NCBI GenBank assembly: GCA_965238075.1 | Contig: OZ250173.1 | Location: 448,001-512,000, forward strand | Direction of reading: 5' to 3' | Length of the DNA: 64,000 nt | Source of the DNA: Candidatus Entotheonellaceae bacterium | GTDB taxonomy: Bacteria; Tectomicrobia; Entotheonellia; Entotheonellales; Entotheonellaceae | Shown here: positions 28,526 through 37,919 of the stretch, piece by piece | Position numbering within the stretch: the stretch's first letter is position 1 | Layout: every line of letters starts with the position of its first letter | Notes under the pieces: model-generated | Seen by the model: the letters and a program-made list of their open reading frames with translations, nothing else | The model's database searches: none | What the model was told of the DNA's origin: nothing | Translations under genes and position numbers: made by a program

Positions 28526-28956
28526 CATCCCCGCCGCCCCACCATGTAGGCATCGACGATTGCGTACACCCACCACAAGGGCGCAATGATCGTGGCCAGA
28601 GATGATTGCAGAACCGCAATGGCCGCAACCCAGACAGCGGCCCCGCAAAGCAAGACAAGGCCCTTCACAAATTGTCCGTTGTAAAACTGTCCCAGTCCGC
28701 ATATGAGCGACAGCACCGCGGCCAGCCATGGTCGCAAGACGCCGTGGTGCGCCACATAGGTCTGGGGGGCAACCTGGGTCACGTGGGTTGGCGCCCACTC
28801 AGCATCCATGAACGCCGTCGGGGGCGGCGCGGCGCCGAGGGCGGAAGACAGCGCCTGCACCACGCCGATGGGCAACGCCTCCCCGCAATGCGGACAGGCG
28901 TCCGCCATGTCTGCCACATGCTCGTGACAATGTGGGCAGTGAACATAAATGGCCAC
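28525..28956 (-). CDS. Zinc-ribbon plus TM2-like membrane protein
   Basis: CPHC...CPHCG N-terminus; LSLICGLGQFYNGQFVKG...WVYAIVDAY C-terminus. Confidence 0.8.
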   Translation of the reverse strand: MAIYVHCPHCHEHVADMADACPHCGEALPIGVVQALSSALGAAPPPTAFMDAEWAPTHVTQVAPQTYVAHHGVLRPWLAAVLSLICGLGQFYNGQFVKGLVLLCGAAVWVAAIAVLQSSLATIIAPLWWVYAIVDAYMVGRRG

Positions 28957-29027
28957 GCCGGGATCTCCCGTCGTCTGACGTAGGTCTTCCCTGCCCCGTC
29001 CGCGCGGACACGGCGTCGGGAAGGTTT

Positions 29028-29378
29028 TCAGTGATTTTTCAGGATGGTGTAGGCCTGTCGAATGGCTAACGTCTTGCGGTGCGCGAGCTGCTGAAACTCG
29101 TCACCCAAATGGCTGACACGGTCCGGATGATATTTGAGCAACTGGGCTTTGTAAGCCACATGAATCTCATCCGACGACGCGCCGGGCTCCAGTTCCAGCA
29201 CTTCCCACGGATCCAGCGGTTTGGCCCTGCTCGTCTCGGCAGCTTCGTCGCGGTCGCCGGTGGCTTGCGAATACGCGCCGGTGAGAGACGATGCCATGTG
29301 GGCGCGCAAACGCCGCACCAGCCAGTAAGTGCCCATGAACATGAGGCTGTAGAGGCCAAAGCGTATCAGCCAAGGCAT
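29028..29378 (-). CDS. Membrane-anchored J-domain protein (DjlA C-terminus-like)
   Basis: N-terminal hydrophobic helix, DPWEVL and KYHPDRVSHLGDEFQ. Confidence 0.88.
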   Translation of the reverse strand: MPWLIRFGLYSLMFMGTYWLVRRLRAHMASSLTGAYSQATGDRDEAAETSRAKPLDPWEVLELEPGASSDEIHVAYKAQLLKYHPDRVSHLGDEFQQLAHRKTLAIRQAYTILKNH

Positions 29379-29418
29379 ACCACTGCCCCCTCACCCGCTT
29401 GACGGAATCGTCGGCGGC

Positions 29419-30588
29419 TCAAACCACCACCCCCTCGCCCTGCAAATCGGCAATTTCAGTCTCGCTGTAGCCCAGCTCCATCAACACGTCATAGGTGTGC
29501 TCGCCCTGCTCCGGCGTCGGTGTGCGCACGCCGCCGGGCGTACGCGTCAGGGTGACCGGCGTTCCCAGAACCTCGATCCCGCCCAGCTTGGGGTGCGACA
29601 CGTTTTGGGCGATTTGCAGGTGCTGCACCTGAGGATCGGCGAAGGTCTGGTCGATCGTGTACACCGGCCCACAGGGGACGCCAGCGGCGTTGATCCGCTC
29701 CACCCACGCGGCAACGGTGCGATCCTTCAGACAGTCGGCGATGATGTCGTTGAGTTCATCCCGGTTCCGTTGCCGTTGCTGCGGGGAGTTGAAGCGTTCG
29801 TCGGTGTAGAGATCGTTACGATCGATCGCCTTGCAGAAACGCTCATATAGCCCCTGGCCTGCGGGGGCAATGTTCAGATAGCCATCCTTGGCCCGAAACG
29901 TATTGGTAGGCACACCAGTTGGGTGGTTGTTGCCGGCCTGCGGCGGGACTTCCTTGCCAATGAGCCAGCGGGTAGCCTGGAAGTCGAGCATTTGCACCAT
30001 CGCCTCCAGCAGCGAGGTGTGAATCCATTGTCCCTCACCGGACTGCTCGCGCTCGTACAGAGCCGTGAGCACGCCCATGGCCAGAAACATGCCGGCGGTG
30101 AGGTCGGCCACGGGAATGCCAACCCGCACCGGCCCGTTGCCCGGCAGGCCCGTCACGCTCATCAAGCCGCCCAGCCCTTGGGCGATCTGGTCGACGCCCG
30201 GACGGTTGGCGTAGGGCCCGGTCTGGCCGAAGCCGGAGATGCTCGCGTAGATCAGCCGGGGATTGAGCGGACGGAAGGTTTCGTAGTCGATCCCCAAGCG
30301 GTGCTTGACGCCCGGACGGTAGTTCTCCACCAACACGTCGGCGTCCCGCACCATGCGCTTGAGAATGTTGACGCCGCTGGCGTGTTTGAGGTTCAGCGTG
30401 AGGCTTCGTTTGTTACGGTGCAGGTTCTGGAAGTCGAAATGGTGCCGCCCCAATCCGGCGTGCTCGGCGGGATTCTCGACCTTCACCACTTGGGCGCCCA
30501 TGTCGGCGAGGTGCCGCACGCACGTTGGACCGGCACGCGCCCGGGTGAGATCGATAACTTTGATTTTGGACAGGGGAGGCAGATTCAT
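29419..30588 (-). CDS. CaiB/BaiF family CoA transferase
   Basis: AGPTC...LADMGA, HRNKRS, ADVLVENYRPG, SISGFGQTGP and PVADL. Confidence 0.95.
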   Translation of the reverse strand: MNLPPLSKIKVIDLTRARAGPTCVRHLADMGAQVVKVENPAEHAGLGRHHFDFQNLHRNKRSLTLNLKHASGVNILKRMVRDADVLVENYRPGVKHRLGIDYETFRPLNPRLIYASISGFGQTGPYANRPGVDQIAQGLGGLMSVTGLPGNGPVRVGIPVADLTAGMFLAMGVLTALYEREQSGEGQWIHTSLLEAMVQMLDFQATRWLIGKEVPPQAGNNHPTGVPTNTFRAKDGYLNIAPAGQGLYERFCKAIDRNDLYTDERFNSPQQRQRNRDELNDIIADCLKDRTVAAWVERINAAGVPCGPVYTIDQTFADPQVQHLQIAQNVSHPKLGGIEVLGTPVTLTRTPGGVRTPTPEQGEHTYDVLMELGYSETEIADLQGEGVVV

Positions 30589-30652
30589 ACGCGCGACTCC
30601 TTGGTTACGATTGCATGGTGGGGAATATGGGAGACGACGGCCGAACTCGCGT

Positions 30653-30682
30653 ATCGTAAGACCCGTCCTTCAAAAGTGTCAA
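30653..30682 (-). promoter_or_regulatory. Sigma70-type promoter of the CoA transferase
   Basis: TTGACA-18 nt-TACGAT on the minus strand. Confidence 0.5.
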
Positions 30683-30684
30683 GC

Positions 30685-31131
30685 TCAGCGCCCGGTGCTC
30701 CCAAAACCGCCCGCCCCCCGACGGGTGGATTCGATCTCTTCGGGGCTAACACGATGCAGGGTGACCCGCGGCACAGGCAGAATCAGAAGCTGCGCCAAGC
30801 GTTCGCCAGCCTCCACGTACAGGGTTTGCCGCCGTCGATTCTCGACCAGCAGCTGCACCGAACCACGGTAATCGGCGTCAATGACGCCGGGATGAACCGA
30901 CAACCCGCGCTGAAAAACCGAGCTGCGTCCGAAAATCTGGCCGTACCAGCCGTGCGGAATTTGCAGGATGATCTCCAAGTCGATCCGGCACGCCACACCA
31001 GGCGGGAGCGCGTGATCTCCGGGGATCGCCAGATCGAAGCCGGCGGCGGCGGCATACCCCTTCCGCGGCATCAAGGCGCGCGGCGTCAAACACGCCACGC
31101 CAAGCTCAACGAGTGTATCCTGTGTCGCCAT
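30685..31131 (-). CDS. dut: dUTP diphosphatase
   Basis: All five trimeric dUTPase motifs: AGFDL, GRSS, GVIDADYRG, RLAQL and RGAGGFGSTG. Confidence 0.95.
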   Translation of the reverse strand: MATQDTLVELGVACLTPRALMPRKGYAAAAGFDLAIPGDHALPPGVACRIDLEIILQIPHGWYGQIFGRSSVFQRGLSVHPGVIDADYRGSVQLLVENRRRQTLYVEAGERLAQLLILPVPRVTLHRVSPEEIESTRRGAGGFGSTGR

Positions 31132-31187
31132 GATCGTCCTCTGCCATTCGGTTTGCAGCGGCGACCGCTGGTCTGAAATGCCAAGCA

Positions 31188-31829
31188 TTGCCCCGGCAGT
31201 CAATTCCTGGTACAAGACCTGATGCAACGTCAGGTTATCCTCGCCCTATCACGGAATTCGTCCAGGAGACAGTTGTGTACCCTCAGACGGTTATCCTGCA
31301 AAACGACATGGAAATCGAACTGTGGCCGATGACCCCGGACGACGCCCCGGCCCTCCTGGAGTTTTACCGCTCTCTGTCCCCGGAAGATCTGCTGTACCTG
31401 AGAGAGGACGTCACTTCCGCGGTATCCATGCAGCGCTGGATTGAGGGTATCGAAAGCGAACAGAACTGGCACCTGCTGGCAGGGTATGAAGGGCGGATTA
31501 TCGCCGACGGCGAGCTTGAGCGGCAGTTTTACGGCTGGTCACAGCATATCGGTGAATTACGCATCGTCGTTGACCGGATATTTCGCCACAGCGGTCTCAG
31601 CCGTCTCATCACCAACGAGATTCTGGCGCAGGCCGTCGATGAAGGGCTGTATAAGGTCATGGTGCAAATGACCGTTGATCAGCGTTCCGCAACCGGCATG
31701 TTCGAGAAGGTCGGCTTTCGCCACGAGGCCATTCTCAAGGATCACGCCCAGGACCAGCACGGTGAACTACGCGATCTGGTCATCATGTCCTACTTCACGG
31801 GCGATTTCCTGACCCAAACCTCGGAATGA
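31188..31829 (+). CDS. GNAT family N-acetyltransferase (start uncertain)
   Basis: LLEFYRSL, GELRIVVDRIFRHSGLS and MFEKVGFRHEA. Confidence 0.85.
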   Translation: MPRQSIPGTRPDATSGYPRPITEFVQETVVYPQTVILQNDMEIELWPMTPDDAPALLEFYRSLSPEDLLYLREDVTSAVSMQRWIEGIESEQNWHLLAGYEGRIIADGELERQFYGWSQHIGELRIVVDRIFRHSGLSRLITNEILAQAVDEGLYKVMVQMTVDQRSATGMFEKVGFRHEAILKDHAQDQHGELRDLVIMSYFTGDFLTQTSE

Positions 31830-31860
31830 CCCTCCCCCGCTGCCAACCGCTCGATGCCCA

Positions 31861-33036
31861 TCAGGTCGTGTACAGCGCATTAATCCGCACATATTCTTCG
31901 GTCAGATCGCAACCCCACGCGGTAGCTTGGCCGTTGCTCAGCCCCAGGTCCACGACGATGCGCACCTCCGGCGCTTGCAGGTAGGTTTCCAACGCCCCCA
32001 AGTCCACGTCCTGGGGCTCCCCCATAGCAAAGACACACGTGTCACCGAAAGCCATGCGCAGAAGCTCCGGGCGAATGTCCGCCTCTTCGTGACACTTGCC
32101 GATAGCCATCGCCAGGCGTCCCCAGTTCGGATCGGCGCCGTGCACCGCGGTCTTGACCAACGGGGAGTTGACAATCGCCTTGGCGATACGCTTGCCCTGG
32201 GCGTCGTCGCGCGCTGAGGTCACGGCGACTTCGATCAGCTTCGTGGCGCCCTCGCCGTCCCGCGCTACTTCCTTGGCCAAGTGGACGCACACCTCGTCAA
32301 GCGCGGCCTGAAAGGCGTCGAGGTCCACCTCGCCAGCCAAGCCATTGGCCATGGCGATCACCGTGTCGCTGGTACTGGTGTCGGTGTCCACGCTGATCAT
32401 GTTGAAGGACTTGTGCACGGACTGTTGCAGCATCGGACGCAGCACCGCCGGCAGCAGGGCCGCGTCGGTGAACACAAAGGCCAGCATGGTCGCCATGTCC
32501 GGCTCGATCATCCCCGCGCCCTTGGCAATACCGGCGAGCACGGCGCCGCCCACCCGCTTGGCGATGCGCTTGGGCCGGGTGTCCGTGGTCATGATGGCTT
32601 CGGCCGCCAGGTCCAAGCCGTCCGCGCACATTTCGTTGCGCAACTTCCCCACAATGGCTTGCTGGAACCGGTCCATCGGCAGGTGATGGCCGATGACGCC
32701 CGTCGAGCTCGGAATGACGTCCTCGGGGCCAATGCCCAATTCCTCGGCCACCCAGCGGCAGGTTGCCCGGGCATCGTCCACGCCGCGCTGACCGGTGGCG
32801 ACGTTGGCGTTCTTGCTGTTGATGACCAACGTGCGCGCGTGGTCGTCCGCCAGATGCTCACGGCCGACAATGATCGGCGCGCCGCAGAACAGGCTCTGGG
32901 TGAACATGCCCACCGCCGCAGCCCGCGCCGTAGAGTGGATCACCGTAAAGTCGAGGGTTTCATCCTTGATGCCGATGTTCTTGGCAACGCTCAGGTAGCC
33001 TTGAGGATGGAATGGCAACGATGGTGCGCGCGTCAT
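31861..33036 (-). CDS. argJ: Ornithine acetyltransferase / N-acetylglutamate synthase
   Basis: NANVATG, SSTGVIG, IMTTDT, KGAGMIEPDMATML, DGEGATK, DPNWGR and WGCDLT. Confidence 0.96.
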   Translation of the reverse strand: MTRAPSLPFHPQGYLSVAKNIGIKDETLDFTVIHSTARAAAVGMFTQSLFCGAPIIVGREHLADDHARTLVINSKNANVATGQRGVDDARATCRWVAEELGIGPEDVIPSSTGVIGHHLPMDRFQQAIVGKLRNEMCADGLDLAAEAIMTTDTRPKRIAKRVGGAVLAGIAKGAGMIEPDMATMLAFVFTDAALLPAVLRPMLQQSVHKSFNMISVDTDTSTSDTVIAMANGLAGEVDLDAFQAALDEVCVHLAKEVARDGEGATKLIEVAVTSARDDAQGKRIAKAIVNSPLVKTAVHGADPNWGRLAMAIGKCHEEADIRPELLRMAFGDTCVFAMGEPQDVDLGALETYLQAPEVRIVVDLGLSNGQATAWGCDLTEEYVRINALYTT

Positions 33037-33066
33037 AAACGTTCTCTCCTGGCGCTTACCGTGGGA

Positions 33067-34470
33067 TCAGCAATAACTGAACTGCTTCTCGAAGGCCGTC
33101 AACGTGTCGTCGATAATTCCCACCATGCGGTCAACCTCGGCCCGCGTAATGCACAGCGGCGGCGACAGCATGATCATGTGGGTGGCGCGGGTCAGCAGAC
33201 CCTTTTCGATCAGAAGCGAATTCAGGGCGTTGACTTCCTCGCCGTCGGCGGCAAACTTTTCCTTGGTCTCACGATTCTGCACCAGCTCCACCGCCGCGAG
33301 GAGGCCGATGCCCCGCACGTCGCCGATTGTCGGGTGGTGCGCCTGCAACCCTTGCAGTTGTTCCAGCAGGTACGCACCCTGGCTGGCAGCGTTCTCCACC
33401 AGACCCTCGCGCTGGATGATGGCAATGTTCTCCAAAGCCGCCGCGCACGCCACCGCCTGGCCGCCGAACGTCAGCAGGTGCGACAGCTTCTTGCCCTCCT
33501 CGGTGGTGAAGACTTCGGCCACCTTCGGCCGACAAATGGTCGCGGCGATCGGCGCGTAGCCGCTGCTGAGCCCCTTCGCCATAGTCATGATGTCGCCCAC
33601 CAGGTCCCAGTGCTCGGAGGCGAACATCTTGCCGGTGCGCCCGAAGCCGTTAATCACTTCGTCGACGATCAGCAAGACGCCGTGCCGGTCGCAGATTTCG
33701 CGCAGCCGCGGCAGGTATTCCGGCGGTGGCACCACGATACCGCAGGACGCCGACACCGGCTCGGCAATGACCGCGGCGACCGTTTGCGCGCCCTCGTAGT
33801 TGATCAACTGTTCGATCGCGTCCACGCAATACACGTCGCACGACGGATAGGTGTGGCGGTAGTCGCAACGGTAACAATACGGCGGCGCCACGTGCAGCGT
33901 GCCGTTCATGAACGGGCTGAAATACGGCTCCGACATCTGCCGCGTGCCGCTGACGCTCATGGCGCCGTAGGTCGCGCCGTGGTACGAGCCGCGCCGCCCG
34001 ATGATCTTGAGCCGCTTCGGGTGTCCGGCAAGATATTGATACTGCTTGGCGATTTTCACCGCCGACTCGACCGCCTCGGAACCGCCGCTGCAGAAGAACA
34101 CCGTCGACAAGTCGCCCGGCGTGATGTCGGCCAGCAACGTGGCCAGTCGAATGGCGGGAATGGTGGTCGTCTGCATCGAGCTACCATAAGCCAGGGTGCC
34201 CGCTTGCGCCGCCATTGCCGCGGCGATTTCTTTGCGGCCATGCCCGACGTTCACCAGCCACAGGCCCGCCAGCGCGTCGATGTATTCCTTGCCGTCGACG
34301 TCTTTGACCATACACCCCTGCCCTTCGACAAGAATGCGCTTGTCCGCCTCCCGGGCCAAGGCGCGCCACGACGAGCCGTGCATCCACACGTGCGCTTCCC
34401 CAGCCTCGCGCAGCACATCCGTGTCCGCCCCGTCCGGCAGACTGGCAAAGGAGATGGGAACCGTGGCCAT
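33067..34470 (-). CDS. Class III PLP-dependent aminotransferase
   Basis: GLWLVNVGHG, SGGSEAVE, SYHG, DEVINGFGRTG and AKGLSSGY (PLP lysine). Confidence 0.95.
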   Translation of the reverse strand: MATVPISFASLPDGADTDVLREAGEAHVWMHGSSWRALAREADKRILVEGQGCMVKDVDGKEYIDALAGLWLVNVGHGRKEIAAAMAAQAGTLAYGSSMQTTTIPAIRLATLLADITPGDLSTVFFCSGGSEAVESAVKIAKQYQYLAGHPKRLKIIGRRGSYHGATYGAMSVSGTRQMSEPYFSPFMNGTLHVAPPYCYRCDYRHTYPSCDVYCVDAIEQLINYEGAQTVAAVIAEPVSASCGIVVPPPEYLPRLREICDRHGVLLIVDEVINGFGRTGKMFASEHWDLVGDIMTMAKGLSSGYAPIAATICRPKVAEVFTTEEGKKLSHLLTFGGQAVACAAALENIAIIQREGLVENAASQGAYLLEQLQGLQAHHPTIGDVRGIGLLAAVELVQNRETKEKFAADGEEVNALNSLLIEKGLLTRATHMIMLSPPLCITRAEVDRMVGIIDDTLTAFEKQFSYC

Positions 34471-34606
34471 GTCTTCGACTCCTCTATAGCGTTTGAGCAA
34501 GATGGAATGGTTTCACCACGCAGCAGGCGCATGACAATAACAAAGTTCCCGCTGAAAATACACTTGGCCCCGTGGACGGACGGCGCAACAGCGGAAATTT
34601 GCAGTT

Positions 34607-34644
34607 CCCTCTCCCCAGCGAGGGAGAGGGTTGGGGTGAGGGGG
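34607..34644 (-). repeat. CCCCTCACCCC-type REP-like palindromic element
   Basis: Minus strand CCCCTCACCCCAACCCTCTCCC-TCGCTG-GGGAGAGGG. Confidence 0.7.
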
Positions 34645-34749
34645 AATTCCTGTTGCGATGAAACCTGCAAGCCGTTCAGCCTTCACCGGTGCAGGCAGCA
34701 CGCTTGACGAACACGTGTCTGACCAATATATTCACCTGAAGGGTGAATC

Positions 34750-35049
34750 ATGGAAGTCACATTCAGGACACGCCAGCTTCGGCAGTGTTATGAAGAATCG
34801 ACCAGAGCCATCCGCCGATGGGGGCCGGAGGTGGGGAGGAAGTTCATCACCCGCATCAAACAACTCCATGCCATAGCCGACTTCCAGCAAGCCTACAATA
34901 TCAGGGCCATGCGGCTCCATCCGTTGAAAGGGTCCAGGAAAGGCGAGCTGTCCATCACCTTGACGGGTAGATGGCGCCTCATCGTGACGAAAGGGGAAAG
35001 CGAGGATCGCGTAATCATTGAGGAAGTGAGCAACCATGATGAGAACTGA
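34750..35049 (+). CDS. higB: HigB-type RelE/ParE family toxin
   Basis: RLHPLKGSRKGELSITLTGRWRLI...EEVSNH; toxin-first gene order. Confidence 0.9.
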   Translation: MEVTFRTRQLRQCYEESTRAIRRWGPEVGRKFITRIKQLHAIADFQQAYNIRAMRLHPLKGSRKGELSITLTGRWRLIVTKGESEDRVIIEEVSNHDEN

Positions 35050-36127
35050 GATCTCCCGTGTGGTGTCGGATATGGCGATTTCGCCGGGCGAGGTCTTGCA
35101 GGAGGAAATCGAGGCCCGCGGCATGACCCAGAAGGAACTCGCCGCGCGGCTTGGCAGGCCGCCGCAGGTGATCAACGAGATCATCCGAGCGAAAAAGGCC
35201 ATCACGCCGGACACGGCAATCGGGCTGGGAATGGTCCTCGGAATTGACCCCCAATACTGGATCAATCTGGAGACCGACTATCGCATGACCCTCGCCCGCA
35301 ATCGGGAAAAGGCGGCGCTCGCCGACAACGTGGGGTGGCTGGACGCCTACCCGATCCGGGAAATGATCAAGCGCCGATGGATCGAGGCGGGCCGCGACAA
35401 AATCAGCAGGTTGAAAGCCCTCTTGACCTTTCTGGAGGTAGCCGTTCCTGAGCCACTCGCGTACCAGGAAGCCATAGGGTTCCGAATTACGGACGCCGCG
35501 CAGCGCAAGGTCTCTCCCGGCGCCCTTGCCGTTTGGCTTCGCAAGGGAGAGCTTGAGGCGCGCGAACGCTCCACCGTCGACTACGACGCAGATGTGTTTA
35601 GAGCAGCGCTTGGCGACATCCGGCAAATGACCGAAGACCCGCCCGTCAAGTTCGTGCCCGCCATGACGGATCTGTGCGCGCAAGCCGGCGTGGCACTGTG
35701 CCTGGTGCAAGAGTTTCCCAAAAGCGGGGCGAACGGCGCCGCGCGGTGGCTCAGCGGCAGCAAAGCCCTGATCCAGCTGAGCATCCGGGGCAAATGGGCC
35801 GATATTTTCTGGTTCACCTTCTTCCACGAGGCGTGCCACCTGCTCCATCATAGAACCCGCCGACGCATCGTAATCGACGGCATCGCGGACCCCAACACCG
35901 CGGAACTCGAAGACGAGGCCAATGGATTCGCCAGGGACTTGCTCATCCCGCCAGATGCTTGGGAAACCTGCTGCGAGAGCGGTTCCTTCACCCCGCAGTC
36001 CGTCAGGAGGTTCGCCCGGTCCGTCCAAATCGCCCCGTTCATTGTCGTGGGGCGGCTCCAGAGAGAAAAAAGGCTTCCTTACAACCAGCTTACATCCTTG
36101 AAATGGCGCTACGAGTGGCGTCAGTAG
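35036..36127 (+). CDS. higA: HigA antitoxin fused to ImmA/IrrE-type metallopeptidase
   Basis: ISPGEVLQEE...MTQKELAARL...W.NLE HTH; FWFTFFHEACH (HExxH) and EDEANGFA. Confidence 0.92.
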   Translation: MMRTEISRVVSDMAISPGEVLQEEIEARGMTQKELAARLGRPPQVINEIIRAKKAITPDTAIGLGMVLGIDPQYWINLETDYRMTLARNREKAALADNVGWLDAYPIREMIKRRWIEAGRDKISRLKALLTFLEVAVPEPLAYQEAIGFRITDAAQRKVSPGALAVWLRKGELEARERSTVDYDADVFRAALGDIRQMTEDPPVKFVPAMTDLCAQAGVALCLVQEFPKSGANGAARWLSGSKALIQLSIRGKWADIFWFTFFHEACHLLHHRTRRRIVIDGIADPNTAELEDEANGFARDLLIPPDAWETCCESGSFTPQSVRRFARSVQIAPFIVVGRLQREKRLPYNQLTSLKWRYEWRQ

Positions 36128-36146
36128 TCGAGTAAAGGAAGACACC

Positions 36147-36347
36147 ATGCCTGATCGCATCACACCGACCCAGGCGAACCAGACGGCGTGGGCCGCCTGC
36201 GCCACCTTCCGCGGCGTCGTGGATGCCGGCCAGTAAAAGGATTACCACTTGGTAATGCTGTCCCTGAAGTACATCTCGGACCTGTGGATGGATCAGCTCG
36301 CCGCGTACCGGCAGCGATTCGGAGACGACGAGGCCCGCTTCCGCCGG
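36147..36347 (+). pseudogene. hsdM: Type I R-M methyltransferase N-terminal remnant
   Basis: MPDRITPTQANQTAWAACATFRGVVDAGQ*KDYHLVMLSLKYISDLW...FGDDEARFRR; TAA at 36234-36236 where Tyr is expected; truncated after about 67 codons. Confidence 0.85.
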
Positions 36348-36381
36348 GGGGATGGCGGGCTGCGACCTGAGAAAGGAGTCC

Positions 36382-37224
36382 ATGAACAGAAGATACATTC
36401 CCATGGCGATTGCCTACGATTTCGACGGAACGCTGGCTCCCGGCAGCATGCAGGAACGCCAGTTCCTACCGGAAATCGGGATAATGCCGAAGAAATTCTG
36501 GGCAGAAGTCAGGAACTTAACGAAGAAGCATCAGGCCGACGATGTCCTGGTCTATATGGGCCTGATGCTGCGGAAGGCTGCCGCCGCCGGCGTGCCCGTA
36601 AGGAAGGAAGACTTTGAGAAACGGGGTGAGGCCATCAAGCTATTCGAAGGCGTTGAGAAATGGTTCGATAGAATCACCGAATACGGGCGTAATAACGGCG
36701 TTCGCATTGAGCACTATCTTGTGTCCTCTGGAAATGCGGAGATCGTAGCGGGTACGCCAATTGCGTCCAAGTTCGCTCAAGTTTATGCTTCAAAGTTTAT
36801 GTTTGACGAGAATGGCGTCGCTACCTGGCCTGCTTTAGCGGTCAACTACACGACGAAGACCCAGTATCTGTTTCGTATCAATAAAGGTGCTCACGACCTG
36901 AGCGATAACAGCAAAATTAACGAGTTTCGCGAAAAACGAGATCGGCCGGTGCCCTTTGAAAATATGGTCTTCATCGGCGATGGACCAACCGACGTGCCAT
37001 GTTTCCGTCTGGTTAAGGATCAGGGCGGGTTATCAATTGCCGTCTTCAAGCCGAAAACCCCAAACGCGAAGGGAAAAGCTGACAAATTCAAAACAGAGGG
37101 CCGCGTTCACTACGTCGTTCCTGCAATATATACAGAAGACAGCAAGTTAGACCGGGTAATAAAAGCGAGCATTGATTCTATTGCATCGCGAGGCACGCTT
37201 CACGGTTTACTTGAAAAGGAGTGA
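36382..37224 (+). CDS. HAD-superfamily hydrolase
   Basis: Motif I YDFDGTL, motif II VSSG, KTQYLFRINKG and motif IV IGDGPTD; AAGGAG RBS; lower GC. Confidence 0.9.
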   Translation: MNRRYIPMAIAYDFDGTLAPGSMQERQFLPEIGIMPKKFWAEVRNLTKKHQADDVLVYMGLMLRKAAAAGVPVRKEDFEKRGEAIKLFEGVEKWFDRITEYGRNNGVRIEHYLVSSGNAEIVAGTPIASKFAQVYASKFMFDENGVATWPALAVNYTTKTQYLFRINKGAHDLSDNSKINEFREKRDRPVPFENMVFIGDGPTDVPCFRLVKDQGGLSIAVFKPKTPNAKGKADKFKTEGRVHYVVPAIYTEDSKLDRVIKASIDSIASRGTLHGLLEKE

Positions 37225-37299
37225 TGAATACTCGACGCTATCGTTATAGCGGTTCGCGTTCGTGTGTCTGGCTTATTGCGGAATCGGATACAGGGAATC

Positions 37300-37515
37300 G
37301 TAACCCGATTCTGCTGTACCGGTTATCGGCCGAAGAATCGTCGAAATGCAGAAGGCGCTGCGCTCAGGTCAGGCGATTATTGATGGCCTGTCAGCGACCC
37401 GTCCACTGCCTTTCCCGCAGTGACCAGCTTTTCGCCGAGCAATCTGCAAAACATGGGATGATTTGCACCGCCTATTCTCAGCCTGAGTTTTGGGCTCAAG
37501 CTGTTGCCGAATTGA
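37300..37515 (+). pseudogene. DUF1016 / YhcG N-terminal domain remnant
   Basis: Joining frames gives ILLY / IGRRIVEMQK...IIDGLS / AFPAVTSFSPSNLQNMG* / AYSQPEFWAQAVAEL, which follows the YhcG N-terminal pattern. Confidence 0.65.
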
Positions 37516-37523
37516 ACCCCTCG

Positions 37524-37699
37524 GGATTTGTTGAACAGAGCGTTTGGAAGTCGGCGGCGAGAAAACGAAGAAGGCGGCCGTCAACAGGGCCTTGCGGGAA
37601 TTCATTGCACGGCGAGAGCAGGAACGGCTGCTTGAGTTGTTCGGCAAGCTCGACTGGGACGACGAGTACGACTACAGGCGGGAACAGTCGCGCCGGTGA
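37524..37699 (+). pseudogene. vapB: VapB-type antitoxin remnant (no start, frameshift)
   Basis: DLLNRA / EVGGEKTKKAAVNRALREFIARREQERLLELFGKLDWDDEYDY. Confidence 0.75.
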
Positions 37700-37850
37700 G
37701 GTTGTTCGTGGACACCAGCGTGTCGTCGGCACCATTGACGCGCTGCTCGCCCGGCTTTGCATCCGCCATGATCTGGTCATGCTATCAACCGACCGCGATT
37801 TCAGCCGCATCGCAGATTGGATGCCGCTTCAACTCTGGCGCGCCTCAGGA
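37696..37850 (+). pseudogene. vapC: VapC PIN toxin remnant with internal deletion
   Basis: MRLFVDTSV jumps directly to VGTIDALLARLCIRHDLVMLSTDRDF in another frame; GTGA overlap with vapB. Confidence 0.78.
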
Positions 37851-37919
37851 CCTTCAACACCCCCGAAAAATACCGACCCCAGACAAGCACCTTTGCGGGC
37901 TCGTGTGACAGGACTCAAC

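Noticed and set aside
32281..34707. 808-aa plus-strand ORF (and similar long ORFs at 40064-41482, 29923-31176, 61915-63069)
   Set aside because: Antisense shadows of well-supported genes, expected from GC-rich codon usage.
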